Sequence record: PQ511146.1
Reading direction: 5' to 3' (one strand)
Source of the DNA: Escherichia phage NHEP1
DNA: 64,000 bases
Positions 9,374 to 19,402 of this stretch are shown here, one piece after another. The notes under the pieces are model-generated. The model searched no databases and had not been told where the DNA came from. It worked only from the letters and a program-made list of their open reading frames with translations. Positions within the stretch are counted from its first letter, which is position 1. The number at the start of each line of letters is the position of its first letter. Made by a program: the position numbers and the translations under genes.

Positions 9374-10717
9374 TTACTCTAAATCTTCTTCTGAGTCAAG
9401 CTTATCTTTCACAGCTAAATTAGGGGCAAGTTTGTAATAGCGAAAGCCCCCACCGCCTTGCCAGTTTACAGATTTAGAAATACCACTTTGATCTTCACCA
9501 TCGATCACTTTTTGCAAGCGTGGAATAATATGGGTATGACAATGATCTCCTAGCTCAACCGAGATCCAACGTCTTTTCATCTTGTGAGCTACAGCAGCAG
9601 TAGTTCCAGAACCACCAAATGAATCCAATACTAAATCTCCTTCTCGCGTACACATTTCTAAAATCCGCTTCAAAAGCGCTTCAGGTTTTTTTCCATTTTT
9701 GAAACTAACGCCCCCTTCATTTGCTATTCCATTCCAACTAATGTCAGTCCAAACATCAGTTATTAGTTCAGCAGGCTGCATCTCACCGTCAATTTCCAAA
9801 AGCCTGTTGGAATAAAAGACCATTTGCCTACCATTTGCGATATAAAAGCCTTCGACATCCTCATTTGGATGTACATAAACCTTATCCCTATCTTTCTTTG
9901 ACTTCTCGATAGTTTCTTTTCTCTTTATTTTGGCACCACCGCCAATTGCAACGGATTGAAATACACGTTCTGCATTATCAATTGCAAATTGTGCTAATTC
10001 ATCATCAAATGTATCAGGCAGTTTTTTCTTGGCTTCTTTTGTATCTTTATAGCCATTGGCCTTTGCAAACGCATCGGCAATACCGCACCACGTCCAACTT
10101 TTATAATGGTCATCTGGGTTTAATAGATATTTGTTATATCCCGTATCATACTCTTTAGGTATATAGATTTTGTTAAGTGGTTTCTTGGTACGATCTTTTG
10201 CATATACAAGCAAAAAGTTTGCTGTGGAGAAAACTGTAGTTCCTGTTGCCTTAAAGCCTGAAGGGCAATTTGTAGTCATCGATATGGTATTTAACTGATT
10301 TGCACGACCAAAAATCTCGTCCATCAAGACTTTTAAATAAGCCATTTCGCAGTCATCTAAGTGAACGAATATCACTCCATCATCGCTTAGCAGATTACGA
10401 ATTATTTCTAATCTGTCCCGCATTAAGCCCAGCCAAAGGGAGTGCTCCAGGCTATCATCGTAGTGCTCAAAATCCCTTCCGGTATTGAATGGCGGGTCTA
10501 TGTAAACACACTTCACTTTGCCTGCATACTCTTGCTCTAGTGCCTTCAATGCCAGTAAGTTATCTCCAAAAATCAGTTTATTATCAAAAATATCGTTTTC
10601 GGTCACCTTTTTACTGGCGTGATAAGACTTGCTCGAATCTTCTAACAAAATGTGAGGCTCTAGCTTTTTGCGCTCGTTCTTACCTATCCAGGTAAGTTCT
10701 AATTTGGTTTTACTCAT
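9374..10717 (-). CDS. DNA methyltransferase, N6-adenine/N4-cytosine beta class
   Basis: 447 aa; motif IV IDPPF precedes motif I DSFGGSGTT (beta-class order). Confidence 0.85.
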   Translation of the reverse strand: MSKTKLELTWIGKNERKKLEPHILLEDSSKSYHASKKVTENDIFDNKLIFGDNLLALKALEQEYAGKVKCVYIDPPFNTGRDFEHYDDSLEHSLWLGLMRDRLEIIRNLLSDDGVIFVHLDDCEMAYLKVLMDEIFGRANQLNTISMTTNCPSGFKATGTTVFSTANFLLVYAKDRTKKPLNKIYIPKEYDTGYNKYLLNPDDHYKSWTWCGIADAFAKANGYKDTKEAKKKLPDTFDDELAQFAIDNAERVFQSVAIGGGAKIKRKETIEKSKKDRDKVYVHPNEDVEGFYIANGRQMVFYSNRLLEIDGEMQPAELITDVWTDISWNGIANEGGVSFKNGKKPEALLKRILEMCTREGDLVLDSFGGSGTTAAVAHKMKRRWISVELGDHCHTHIIPRLQKVIDGEDQSGISKSVNWQGGGGFRYYKLAPNLAVKDKLDSEEDLE

Positions 10718-10743
10718 CGTTTGGTGCTCTCCTTAGTTTTTGT

Positions 10744-10761
10744 GGGGAGGAGTGCCTCCCC
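10744..10761. other. perfect intergenic hairpin GGGGAGG-AGTG-CCTCCCC
   Basis: 7-bp GC-rich inverted repeat between methyltransferase start and upstream gene stop; no U-tract on the coding (minus) strand. Confidence 0.4.
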
Positions 10762-10778
10762 TTTATACTCACATCTTA

Positions 10779-11120
10779 CTACTCAAGGTCTTCAGAGTCA
10801 AGCTCAAAAAGAATCAAACTGTGCATGCCTGCAGAGAGATCAACACACCCTGCAACAATAAGGGTTTGATAGTAAGGTTCAGCACCCTCAATATCTTCGT
10901 TAAAATCCACAACAAGGTAGTCACCTTTGTTAAAGGTGTATTTGTCCGATGTAAACGCAAAACCTGCCCAGTCCCCTACTGCAGGATCTTTATCAGTCAC
11001 CTTTGTTAGCAGTAGATCTTTTTCACGAGATCTTTTAGTAAAATCGTGAATCACAACATCCTTCTCTTCAGGAGTCGGATTGCCACACACGTAGTTAACG
11101 ATATTTCTCCACAAACTCAT
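10779..11120 (-). CDS. hypothetical protein
   Basis: 113 aa ORF; stop overlaps start region of next gene. Confidence 0.55.
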   Translation of the reverse strand: MSLWRNIVNYVCGNPTPEEKDVVIHDFTKRSREKDLLLTKVTDKDPAVGDWAGFAFTSDKYTFNKGDYLVVDFNEDIEGAEPYYQTLIVAGCVDLSAGMHSLILFELDSEDLE

Positions 11121-12487
11121 ACGTCCCCCTTTTCTGCTCTAGTTTCAAAATCTTTCCTGACTTTCTCGTCTAAGCCAGGGAAAGTTGTATTATAAAACTC
11201 TACGACTCTCGGGTCAACAATAATATCCACCTCTCTTAATGGACGCAACAAGTTTATTCCTTGTATCGTCTTAACCCGACTCAAGGCAACATACGTCATT
11301 CCGGGAGAGAAAGCTCCGTTCTTTCCGAGGTCTAGGTTGTAACAATCTAACGTAAGTCCTTGACTTTTATGCGATGTTACTGCGTACCCAGATTTCAAAG
11401 GAAGTTGCTCATAAGACCCGATCACAACCCTCTCTATGAACTTCTCCATCTTCCTTTCGGCAATATTGTACCTCTGGGAAGGTTTGTACTCGTTATTCTC
11501 CCACAATCTCGGCTCAATTTCAACCTGTGTCCCGTCTTCCAGCTCAACCACCACAGACTTGGTCTTGAATTTTACCACTGTGGCGCGTGTCCCGTTGACA
11601 TAGTACGGAACTTTATGTGTCGGGTCAACATCGTTTGAGGTTATCATAACCTTCATCCCTATCTTCAGCCTCATTTCCTGCTCCACAGGCAGTGTGGAGG
11701 GGAACTTACCTTTCATTTTACCAATGTAGGTCTTCTCTGGGGCCTTGATGGCATCATAGAAACGTCTGTTCACCTCCTCTGCTTGCTTATTGGTGGCACA
11801 GATGGTCAAGGCATCTGTTGGGACACCACCATGATAGCAACGAGTGTTAAGCTCTGCTACAACCTCTTTTATGCGACGACCTTCACGAACACAGTTCAAC
11901 ATTGTGGCGAAGCGAACAGATTCCTGACGGAACTGGTCTACTAATGCTATATTGTGAAGATTAAGATCCTCCCAAGATTTTGTATAGCAACACAGGTCTG
12001 TGTGGTAGAAGTTGAAGTAGGCTTCTTTCTCCATAGAAGAGACAACTGGGGGTGCTTGGTAGAAATCTCCAAACAATAGCACCTGAATGCCTCCGAAAGG
12101 TTTGTCATTTTTCCGAAGAAAGCGGAGTTTTCTATCCATCTCTATGAACTTGTCAGCACGGATCATAGAGATTTCATCGATAATTAGGATGGTAAATGCC
12201 TTGCTTTTCAGAGGCTTTGCTGTTTTTGCCCTTATTGCTGTCCAGTCTGACTCCATGCTCACACCTGCGGCAAGATCGAAAGTTCGGTGCGCTGTTGCTC
12301 CATTAACGTTTAAAGCGGCTACCCCTGTCGGGGCAACCGTTATGCAAGAGTCTCCATACATGGACTGGATCATGTTGATAAGATATGTCTTCCCGGTTCC
12401 ACCGGGTCCACTTACGAAGACATTCTCACCACTCATGATTGCAACAAGGGCAGCATCTGTGCCTACATCGTACTGCCCTTTTTCCAT
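11117..12487 (-). CDS. SF1 DNA helicase, Dda/RecD/Pif1-like
   Basis: 456 aa; Walker A GPGGTGKT, Walker B IIDEISM, C-terminal SHKSQGLT and YVALSRV motifs. Confidence 0.85.
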   Translation of the reverse strand: MEKGQYDVGTDAALVAIMSGENVFVSGPGGTGKTYLINMIQSMYGDSCITVAPTGVAALNVNGATAHRTFDLAAGVSMESDWTAIRAKTAKPLKSKAFTILIIDEISMIRADKFIEMDRKLRFLRKNDKPFGGIQVLLFGDFYQAPPVVSSMEKEAYFNFYHTDLCCYTKSWEDLNLHNIALVDQFRQESVRFATMLNCVREGRRIKEVVAELNTRCYHGGVPTDALTICATNKQAEEVNRRFYDAIKAPEKTYIGKMKGKFPSTLPVEQEMRLKIGMKVMITSNDVDPTHKVPYYVNGTRATVVKFKTKSVVVELEDGTQVEIEPRLWENNEYKPSQRYNIAERKMEKFIERVVIGSYEQLPLKSGYAVTSHKSQGLTLDCYNLDLGKNGAFSPGMTYVALSRVKTIQGINLLRPLREVDIIVDPRVVEFYNTTFPGLDEKVRKDFETRAEKGDV

Positions 12488-13692
12488 TACGCCTCCTCGT
12501 AGATAATGTCGATAGTATTACCGTCGCGGTCAACCACGTACTCAATTGGGTCGCCATCTTTGCGTGATTCTGGAGCTACTACGATTTCGTAGCGGCATGC
12601 ACGGCACTTGGCGCTGTTGTGTTGGTAAGGTACACTAACTACATCAGCAGGGTCAACCATGACCGTCATCACAGTTCCGTAGCTCTTTGCATACTCTTTG
12701 CTGGCACAGTGCAGGCCATAAGAGCATGCAGCTTCCGGATCATCCTCTACAAAGTTACGGGGCATGGATACAAAAGCTCCCTGGTATTGTGGGACTTTAC
12801 CACTGTGCCAATCCACCCACTTGTCGCCGTTAAACTGAACCCCTTTGTAGCAAATGATTCGACCATCTTCTGCAATCTGAATGTCGTTTGCCTGCATAAA
12901 ATCGTAGAGCATGTTTACAGATTTTGCAGAAGGATTGCGTAGCAGGCGAACGAGGAATTTCACATAGCGGTCATCCAGTGTTCCGTCTGCATAATCTTTC
13001 TCAATTTTCTTTGCAATGGTGGATCGCATCTCTACACCGTAGTAGTAGAGCTTACCATCTTTCATGATCAGGTTGTCTGCAAGTGTGGTGAACTCATTCT
13101 TGCGTTCCAGCCAGACAAGGATTTCACCAATTGCCTCGTCATATTCCTGAACAGAGATATGGTCGAAGACTTTCTGGTAAACTTCCTCACTTTCACTGCG
13201 GCGAATTTCAAAAATACCTTCGTTGCAGGTGATCTGGAGGAGTTCCCCGCAAATAACCACCAAAGGCTCGATGCTTCGGGTCTGTTGCTGAGACACACTG
13301 CTCACCACCTCCAGCACCGGGTCTTTTACTTCTACTAAAGGTTCTTCTGACTTGATTGCTACCCCAGTGAACCCTACACCGTGAACAACACACAGTGGAT
13401 ATACCACACCCCAACGTTTAACGGAACCTTCTCCTGAATCTAAGATCATGGCGTACTTACCGTTATCTTCCAGCCCATATCGAAATAAACGGGCCTCTTC
13501 ACGGGTTTCAAAATCCTCACGGGTGTAGCAGACGCTGTCACGGTCAGGATCGAACAACTCTGGGGCACCTACTGCCAGTGTCCAGGTTGTGTTACCTTTC
13601 TCAATAGCGCATGTGAAACCCTTCTTCTCAAGCTCTGCACGGCGGTCACGTGCTTCTTTACGAGTTTTGAAATGTTCGTAGATGAAAATCAT
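12487..13692 (-). CDS. rIIB-like protein (tentative)
   Basis: Directly downstream of GHKL-ATPase gene; C-terminal region (MLYDFMQANDIQIAEDG...DVVSVPYQHNSAKCRACRYEIV) resembles my recollection of T4 rIIB; start moved to ATG after AAGGAGA SD. Confidence 0.45.
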   Translation of the reverse strand: MIFIYEHFKTRKEARDRRAELEKKGFTCAIEKGNTTWTLAVGAPELFDPDRDSVCYTREDFETREEARLFRYGLEDNGKYAMILDSGEGSVKRWGVVYPLCVVHGVGFTGVAIKSEEPLVEVKDPVLEVVSSVSQQQTRSIEPLVVICGELLQITCNEGIFEIRRSESEEVYQKVFDHISVQEYDEAIGEILVWLERKNEFTTLADNLIMKDGKLYYYGVEMRSTIAKKIEKDYADGTLDDRYVKFLVRLLRNPSAKSVNMLYDFMQANDIQIAEDGRIICYKGVQFNGDKWVDWHSGKVPQYQGAFVSMPRNFVEDDPEAACSYGLHCASKEYAKSYGTVMTVMVDPADVVSVPYQHNSAKCRACRYEIVVAPESRKDGDPIEYVVDRDGNTIDIIYEEA

Positions 13693-13702
13693 CTTGGTCT
13701 CC

Positions 13703-15685
13703 TTATTTGATGTTATTCTTTGTATCAATCAGTTCACGGTATTCAATCATAGCAGGAGTGTCCCAATATTTCAAGCCTACATGCTTCAAAAGTGGATATT
13801 TCTTTTCCAATCTTGCAATATAGGCCTTCCCGCACTTAACCCGGTTGGCGATTAAGATTTTGGCACGATGATTTAGCTCACCGTACTTCCACGTGGTGCT
13901 ACCTTCCCACTTGTGGAAATGTGGCCGATAACTTCCAAAATCCTGCATGGGGATAATTTTACCTAACTGTCTGTACAGGCTGTCATATGAAGTTTCATTT
14001 GCTGCGCGAGTTAGTAAGAATTTCCAAGCATCCTCTTTCAACAAATGTTCCACATTCTTCTCTGTAACATATTGGCAATCAGGATCAGTCCAAAGCAGAC
14101 GAGATTCCGACACCAGGTACAGATCTTCCCCTTCAGGAATCTGGAGTGCCGCACGCACACGGTCATAATCTTGCTGGTAGATGTTGCTCATCTGCCCTAG
14201 CCAACAACTTCCGCGTTGGATATCCCCCTCATACGGTATGCAGTGCTTAATCTTCCTGAACTCTGCCTTAGTAATACGCTCACGCCGGAAGTAACCATCC
14301 TTCTCAAGTTTTTTAACCCAATAGCCTGGTTCGTAACGGGTTTTGGTTTCACCTTTCTTCGTAGGTCGGCGTGGAAGCTCCGATAACAATTTGACCGTAT
14401 CTGCAAAAAACGGATGGTGTGCCGCCTCTTTAAACTCTTTCACCAGATCCGTGTTACGGCAATAGAAAACGTTGCGTCCGGTAATCTCGCTTAAGTAGTT
14501 ACACTTATTCCGGTTATATTTGCCGTCTCCGTCGTTAAATACTAAATAAACTCCCCGTAAGAATTCTACCTTTCCGTAGCAGGCGTAACCTATGCGGCCT
14601 TTATTTAAGCCGCCAGCGAAGATCTCGCAGTCCCCCAAATTTCCTAGCCCTGTTTCTTCCCAGCGGTCATACATAAAATTCTTACCGAAGATGTGCCCGA
14701 ACACTCCACTGTTCTTCATCATCTCGCGTGCTTCTGAGGATGTTTTTGCTGTCTCCAGTTCTGCAACAACTTCTGCTCCACGAAGGCGAATGCCTTCTTT
14801 GACAAAAGCTTCCAAACGCTCTTGGAATCCACCATCGTCGTGACCTTCTATGGTCCATTCACGCCCTGGGTTAATATTGCAATCTCCGATAGGGATCTCT
14901 ACACAAATTGCAGGATAATCTATTAGTGTCTCCAGGAACTTAGAACGGTAAGGTTGGTGACCCATTACCACACGACTCTCGTCAGAGCTGGTATAACCCT
15001 TCAGGATGGTCATCTTCCAACCATCTTTTTCATAATAATACTGCGCCTCTACTTTGTCTCCCTCCAGCATCTTGCTCGTCATCGGGTCGGTGACAGTGAA
15101 CGGAAATTTTGCATAGCGCAGGCATGATGCAATAGCGGTGCGATATTTCAGAACATGCTCTTTCTTAACATGAAACTGAACTTTTACCCCGTTGTGCTCT
15201 TCAGTCTTCCGCTCACGGATCTTGGTGACATTTGGGATACCCTGGTCCAAGAACAATAGGTATGTGCTTTCCACACCGTTGTGCACACTGATTACATCGA
15301 AAGTGTCCACCATACTGAACGGGGCCTTTGAACCAACACCTTTATTGCCTACCAGAGCGTTGCTGTTGCGCTTGGTTGACTCTCCGAGGTTCATGAAGGT
15401 GTTGCGGACCATCTCTTCTGACATGCCTAATCCAACGTCCTGCACAAAGAAGTATGGTTCAAGGTCTGTAGGAGAGTGAATGATGATCGGAACATCACCC
15501 CGTCCAGACTCAACATGGGAGTCCACAGCATTGAAGATCGGTTCACGGCAGCTTGCCAGCACCTTATCTTCATAAATCCCTTTGATGATTAGCCCAAAAG
15601 TCTCTTTGTTCAGAGAAATTGATCCCCTGGTTACCTCCATATTCCCAGTTAGCACCGCTTTAGTTTCACTGCTGTTTACAATCAT
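13703..15685 (-). CDS. GHKL-family ATPase, rIIA-like (tentative)
   Basis: 660 aa; Bergerat-fold motifs FNAVDS (N box), DVGLGM (G1), GNKGVGSKA (G2) in N-terminal third; AAGGAG SD. Confidence 0.55.
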   Translation of the reverse strand: MIVNSSETKAVLTGNMEVTRGSISLNKETFGLIIKGIYEDKVLASCREPIFNAVDSHVESGRGDVPIIIHSPTDLEPYFFVQDVGLGMSEEMVRNTFMNLGESTKRNSNALVGNKGVGSKAPFSMVDTFDVISVHNGVESTYLLFLDQGIPNVTKIRERKTEEHNGVKVQFHVKKEHVLKYRTAIASCLRYAKFPFTVTDPMTSKMLEGDKVEAQYYYEKDGWKMTILKGYTSSDESRVVMGHQPYRSKFLETLIDYPAICVEIPIGDCNINPGREWTIEGHDDGGFQERLEAFVKEGIRLRGAEVVAELETAKTSSEAREMMKNSGVFGHIFGKNFMYDRWEETGLGNLGDCEIFAGGLNKGRIGYACYGKVEFLRGVYLVFNDGDGKYNRNKCNYLSEITGRNVFYCRNTDLVKEFKEAAHHPFFADTVKLLSELPRRPTKKGETKTRYEPGYWVKKLEKDGYFRRERITKAEFRKIKHCIPYEGDIQRGSCWLGQMSNIYQQDYDRVRAALQIPEGEDLYLVSESRLLWTDPDCQYVTEKNVEHLLKEDAWKFLLTRAANETSYDSLYRQLGKIIPMQDFGSYRPHFHKWEGSTTWKYGELNHRAKILIANRVKCGKAYIARLEKKYPLLKHVGLKYWDTPAMIEYRELIDTKNNIK

Positions 15686-16182
15686 TTATTGCGCTCCTTG
15701 TAGTAGATATGACTCCCGAATTGAGCTGTCCTCTGCATCTTTTTTGCCCATTTCGGTCGTACTTTTGTTGTATGGTAGTGTGTTGCTCCGCCTGTTATAT
15801 CCATAGCCATGTATGCAACATGGTTGTTATTATAGACCTTTAGAAGCATCTTTGCAAGACTTTTAGCGTGATCCCATGAATCTTTTTCTGTCACCTTAAA
15901 AGTTTTGCCGTGGTTTGTCCACGAAAACTGGTTAGGTTGGTAGACAATCTTTCTTATAGTGTCTGGGTATTTGGGGTGAGATTTCCTGTTTAGTGTGGCA
16001 AACCCAGATGCCAGCATACCCATCGTGCCATCCCCTCTAGCCTCCCTGTAGATATTGCATGCCAGAATGTTTTCCTTAGTATCCGACGGCTTGCAGGTGT
16101 GATATACTTTTTGTTTTGGTGCTGCAACAACAGGCAGCGATAAAAATGCGCTCAAAATAATAGCAAAGATCTTAGTTTTCAC
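15682..16182 (-). CDS. cell wall hydrolase, SleB/Hydrolase_2-like, with N-terminal signal peptide
   Basis: 166 aa; signal peptide MKTKIFAIILSAFLSLPVVAAP; NIYREARGDG, NQFS and GATHYH motifs; GTG start after GGAG SD; stop overlaps rIIA-like start. Confidence 0.65.
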   Translation of the reverse strand: MKTKIFAIILSAFLSLPVVAAPKQKVYHTCKPSDTKENILACNIYREARGDGTMGMLASGFATLNRKSHPKYPDTIRKIVYQPNQFSWTNHGKTFKVTEKDSWDHAKSLAKMLLKVYNNNHVAYMAMDITGGATHYHTTKVRPKWAKKMQRTAQFGSHIYYKERNK

Positions 16183-16187
16183 AATAG

Positions 16188-16218
16188 CTCCAAATAGAAA
16201 ATCCCCGCCGAAGCGGGG
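16188..16218 (-). terminator. rho-independent terminator (UUCG tetraloop)
   Basis: Minus transcript CCCCGC-UUCG-GCGGGG followed by AUUUUCUAUUU; downstream of 16232..16612. Confidence 0.65.
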
Positions 16219-16231
16219 TGTGTCTTAGAAA

Positions 16232-16612
16232 TTAATCGTAGTGTGCCAAAATCTCTCCATCGTTGCAAGTCCCCTCTACGAAGTTGTGAAGATTCATGCA
16301 TTCATCTTGATAGAAGAATTTACCGCTTTTCAGCCGTAGACCAAACAACTCCGCATCTCCACGATGGCAAGCCTCTACAAGTTCATAGATTTCATACGGT
16401 AACTCTCCATCGTCATGGAAGAACCCCGCTTTATCGTTGACATAGATGAAGAAATAGTCACTGCTGTCGCAAGCGTCCAGTATTTTAAACCAGATTTCAT
16501 CCACATCTTTTTCTCGGATATCGATCACACAAGTGGAGCTGCATTCGTACTCCTTCTCCGGCTCCTCGGTCAATACCACCAAGTAGTTTCCCCGCTTACC
16601 TACTTTAGCCAT
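16232..16612 (-). CDS. hypothetical protein
   Basis: 126 aa ORF. Confidence 0.55.
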   Translation of the reverse strand: MAKVGKRGNYLVVLTEEPEKEYECSSTCVIDIREKDVDEIWFKILDACDSSDYFFIYVNDKAGFFHDDGELPYEIYELVEACHRGDAELFGLRLKSGKFFYQDECMNLHNFVEGTCNDGEILAHYD

Positions 16613-16621
16613 ACAACCTCC

Positions 16622-17806
16622 TCAAGCTTTAGCTAAAATGGCGCTAAACTCTTCACCAAACTCTTTTACAATCTTCATCAGGTTTGGGTATGCTTTGATC
16701 AGCTGAGCGACGATCTTGTCCCTGCCTTTACCAATAAGTAAGGCATTTCCTAAGGCGTTAGGTTTCATCATCGCCATAAAGACTGAGAATACAAAGTCTC
16801 GGTTCTCATCCTTGAAATTTTCCCAAAGGAAATCAAGGAAGTTTGCCACACAGCTGACAAGATCTTCGTCGGAGATACTTGCATTTTCCATCATATTACG
16901 AATAGCGATACAACCTTCTGACCCCAGAATCCACAAGATGTCTGGCTGCTTAGGACCTACATATTCTTTGCAGCCTCCTGCCATAATCCGACCGATTTCT
17001 GGCAAGTTTCGTTTCTTGGTGTGGTAGGTCCAAATTTCTACCGCTGCAGTGTGACCAATTGCACCTTGTAGAAGGACACGGGCCATAGCGTCAGAAATAA
17101 TACCGCTGTCAAAATCGTGCAGGATGTCAGATGCAGCAACCCAAGATCGCGGTGTGGCAAAAGATGGACAATTAATCTCAGCCATGGCCTCATAATTATC
17201 AATGGCTGATGGGACTCTTTTCAGATATCCAATTACAGAGGAGTGCACCCCATTAAGGAATGCATAGTCCTCAATAAACACCTCTGCACTGCTTGTAACT
17301 TCTACAATGATAAAGCGGTTAGCTAGAGGAGCTTCGAGCGCCGAAAGAACAGCACCGTCTGTAGCACGGTTACCTGCAGCTACAAAAACAGAGCCCTTAG
17401 GAAATGCATAGGTGCCGCACTTGTGGTCGAGCATAATTTGCATTGCAACCTTCTGCAGGTAGTTATCTGCATGAGTAAGCTCGTCTAGAAAGATAATTCC
17501 GCTCCAGTCCGGATCTGCAGGCCAAAATTCTGGAATTGCAAACACTGTACGTGTAGTCCCATCCGACTCTACAGGGATAGGTAGCCCAGATAAGTCAGCA
17601 GGGTCTTTATCTGACAGTCGCACGTCAACAAGGTTGTCATCTCGCTCACCGAACATATTATCAGCGATCTGCTTCATCACCTGACTTTTACCCACACCCA
17701 TTGGTCCCAAAATTAGGACAGATCGGCTATGACGTTGGGCAAACTGAATAATGGCTGGCAACTCACGGACAGTGATTTGACCACTTTCGAATACGTTTCT
17801 TGACAT
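16622..17806 (-). CDS. AAA+ ATPase, MoxR/CobS-like (AAA_5-type)
   Basis: 394 aa; Walker A ILGPMGVGKSQV, Walker B IIFLDELTHA. Confidence 0.75.
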   Translation of the reverse strand: MSRNVFESGQITVRELPAIIQFAQRHSRSVLILGPMGVGKSQVMKQIADNMFGERDDNLVDVRLSDKDPADLSGLPIPVESDGTTRTVFAIPEFWPADPDWSGIIFLDELTHADNYLQKVAMQIMLDHKCGTYAFPKGSVFVAAGNRATDGAVLSALEAPLANRFIIVEVTSSAEVFIEDYAFLNGVHSSVIGYLKRVPSAIDNYEAMAEINCPSFATPRSWVAASDILHDFDSGIISDAMARVLLQGAIGHTAAVEIWTYHTKKRNLPEIGRIMAGGCKEYVGPKQPDILWILGSEGCIAIRNMMENASISDEDLVSCVANFLDFLWENFKDENRDFVFSVFMAMMKPNALGNALLIGKGRDKIVAQLIKAYPNLMKIVKEFGEEFSAILAKA

Positions 17807-18108
17807 TAGTAAAAGTCCTCTACTTGTGTGTAAGTGTTTTCAAAGTTTTCCAAAACAGATGTCACATCGGATCTGTCAATATCGTACACAACTTCCCAGT
17901 TGTATGCAACCCTTTCTGCTGTTGCTTCTTCGGGACTTAACCGCCTACTGGGGTGAAAGAATGTTGGAGTGCACTTTCTTAGCTGTTTCCCGATTTTCCC
18001 ATAACAATACCTGTGGATAATTTTGTCAAAATTTAACTCTTTTTCTGCACAAAGTTCATGTTTCTGGTATAGCATGTTTATTACTCTTTTAAGTGGCCTC
18101 CTTGCCAC
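17806..18108 (-). CDS. hypothetical protein
   Basis: 100 aa ORF in compact minus-strand operon. Confidence 0.5.
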   Translation of the reverse strand: MARRPLKRVINMLYQKHELCAEKELNFDKIIHRYCYGKIGKQLRKCTPTFFHPSRRLSPEEATAERVAYNWEVVYDIDRSDVTSVLENFENTYTQVEDFY

Positions 18109-18114
18109 TACCTG

Positions 18115-18495
18115 CTAGAATGCAGTTCGAATCCAAACAAGGTTTTTATCTGCCCAATCATAAAGGCAAGTCATTGCACTGTTGAATTGCTCGCATGGTG
18201 GATAATCCTCTTCCATTCGGCGCATACCAGAACCTTGAGGGAAAAGACTCATTGCTGCAAACCACGAATCGTAGTCATCCACAGTGTCGAAGTAGTATAC
18301 AACATCCTCCAATTCAGGGTCGAATTTTAAATTATCAGGATCCAGCAGCTCAGGAAACTTGGCACGTAACTTGCCAGCTACGATACTTGCCAGCTCGCTA
18401 ACATGCTTGTTGTCCCAATCTACCAGTTTCCCGTCTTCATCGATGCGTCCTAGCCACTGTTCATGGAGATCAACTGTTGTCTTCCACTGTGCCAT
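18115..18495 (-). CDS. hypothetical protein
   Basis: 126 aa ORF. Confidence 0.5.
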   Translation of the reverse strand: MAQWKTTVDLHEQWLGRIDEDGKLVDWDNKHVSELASIVAGKLRAKFPELLDPDNLKFDPELEDVVYYFDTVDDYDSWFAAMSLFPQGSGMRRMEEDYPPCEQFNSAMTCLYDWADKNLVWIRTAF

Positions 18496-18497
18496 TA

Positions 18498-18755
18498 TCA
18501 GTCTACCTCTTCTTCCCGTTGCAGCTCAAGATACCCATAGGTCTGGATATCTTCAAGGGTGTGAAACTCCCCGTCAGCAGCCAAGGCGCGAACAACTTGG
18601 CGCAAAACTTTATGAGGGACTTCATCCAGCCCTAGATTCAGTGCAGGAAACACCTTATCTAAGTCAACAAAATAAACGAACTGTAGTTCACCAGCTTCAA
18701 AAGGTGTATCTTCAATAAACATCTTCTCGGCATTGGTCAAGATCTGCACTTTCAT
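18498..18755 (-). CDS. hypothetical protein
   Basis: 85 aa ORF. Confidence 0.5.
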   Translation of the reverse strand: MKVQILTNAEKMFIEDTPFEAGELQFVYFVDLDKVFPALNLGLDEVPHKVLRQVVRALAADGEFHTLEDIQTYGYLELQREEEVD

Positions 18756-19111
18756 TATTCTACCCCCTCTTCTTTTTCTTCAGCATTAGTTTCAGTGCTA
18801 CCCCACTCTGGAGTTTCCACCTCGATAGTAAACTCACGCACTACACGGTAATTGCCCATGAAGCGCTCCACTTCTTCAAGGCTTATGGAGAGGCCATTGG
18901 CAACCAAGTCTGCAGCACCCTTCTCTACCAGGTAGTCCAGATTGGCTTCCAAGGCTTCAGGCTCAAACCCTGTCAATGCAATCATATAACCTTCCCCTTC
19001 ATCAGGGAGGGCAATACAGCCCAACTGATTTTCTTTAAAAAAGCAGTGACCATCATTATTGATTGGGTGCTCATTGCAGTAAATAGCTGCACGATAAGTA
19101 ACTTTAGACAT
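18755..19111 (-). CDS. hypothetical protein
   Basis: 118 aa ORF. Confidence 0.5.
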   Translation of the reverse strand: MSKVTYRAAIYCNEHPINNDGHCFFKENQLGCIALPDEGEGYMIALTGFEPEALEANLDYLVEKGAADLVANGLSISLEEVERFMGNYRVVREFTIEVETPEWGSTETNAEEKEEGVE

Positions 19112-19123
19112 TGATAGGCCTCC

Positions 19124-19402
19124 TTAGGCAACTGTCATTTTACATTCTTTGAATTTTAGCACAAGACGGTGATTGTGTCTAGTGTCTAAAAAGATTTTTT
19201 CAACCATCAGGCACACGGTGTAACCGTCCATCTTATTGACAACAAAATCTCCAGGGTAAGGGAGAATGTCACCTGGACTGGGGAAACATAGCCCACTCAA
19301 GAAGGCATCGTCGGTGGTGGATTTAATGGATTTCCACACACTGTCTGCCTGAATATTTTCACCCACATAATATACACTACCACATGCCTTCATCATAGTC
19401 AA
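19124..19402 (-). CDS. hypothetical protein
   Basis: 92 aa ORF. Confidence 0.5.
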   Translation of the reverse strand: MTMMKACGSVYYVGENIQADSVWKSIKSTTDDAFLSGLCFPSPGDILPYPGDFVVNKMDGYTVCLMVEKIFLDTRHNHRLVLKFKECKMTVA

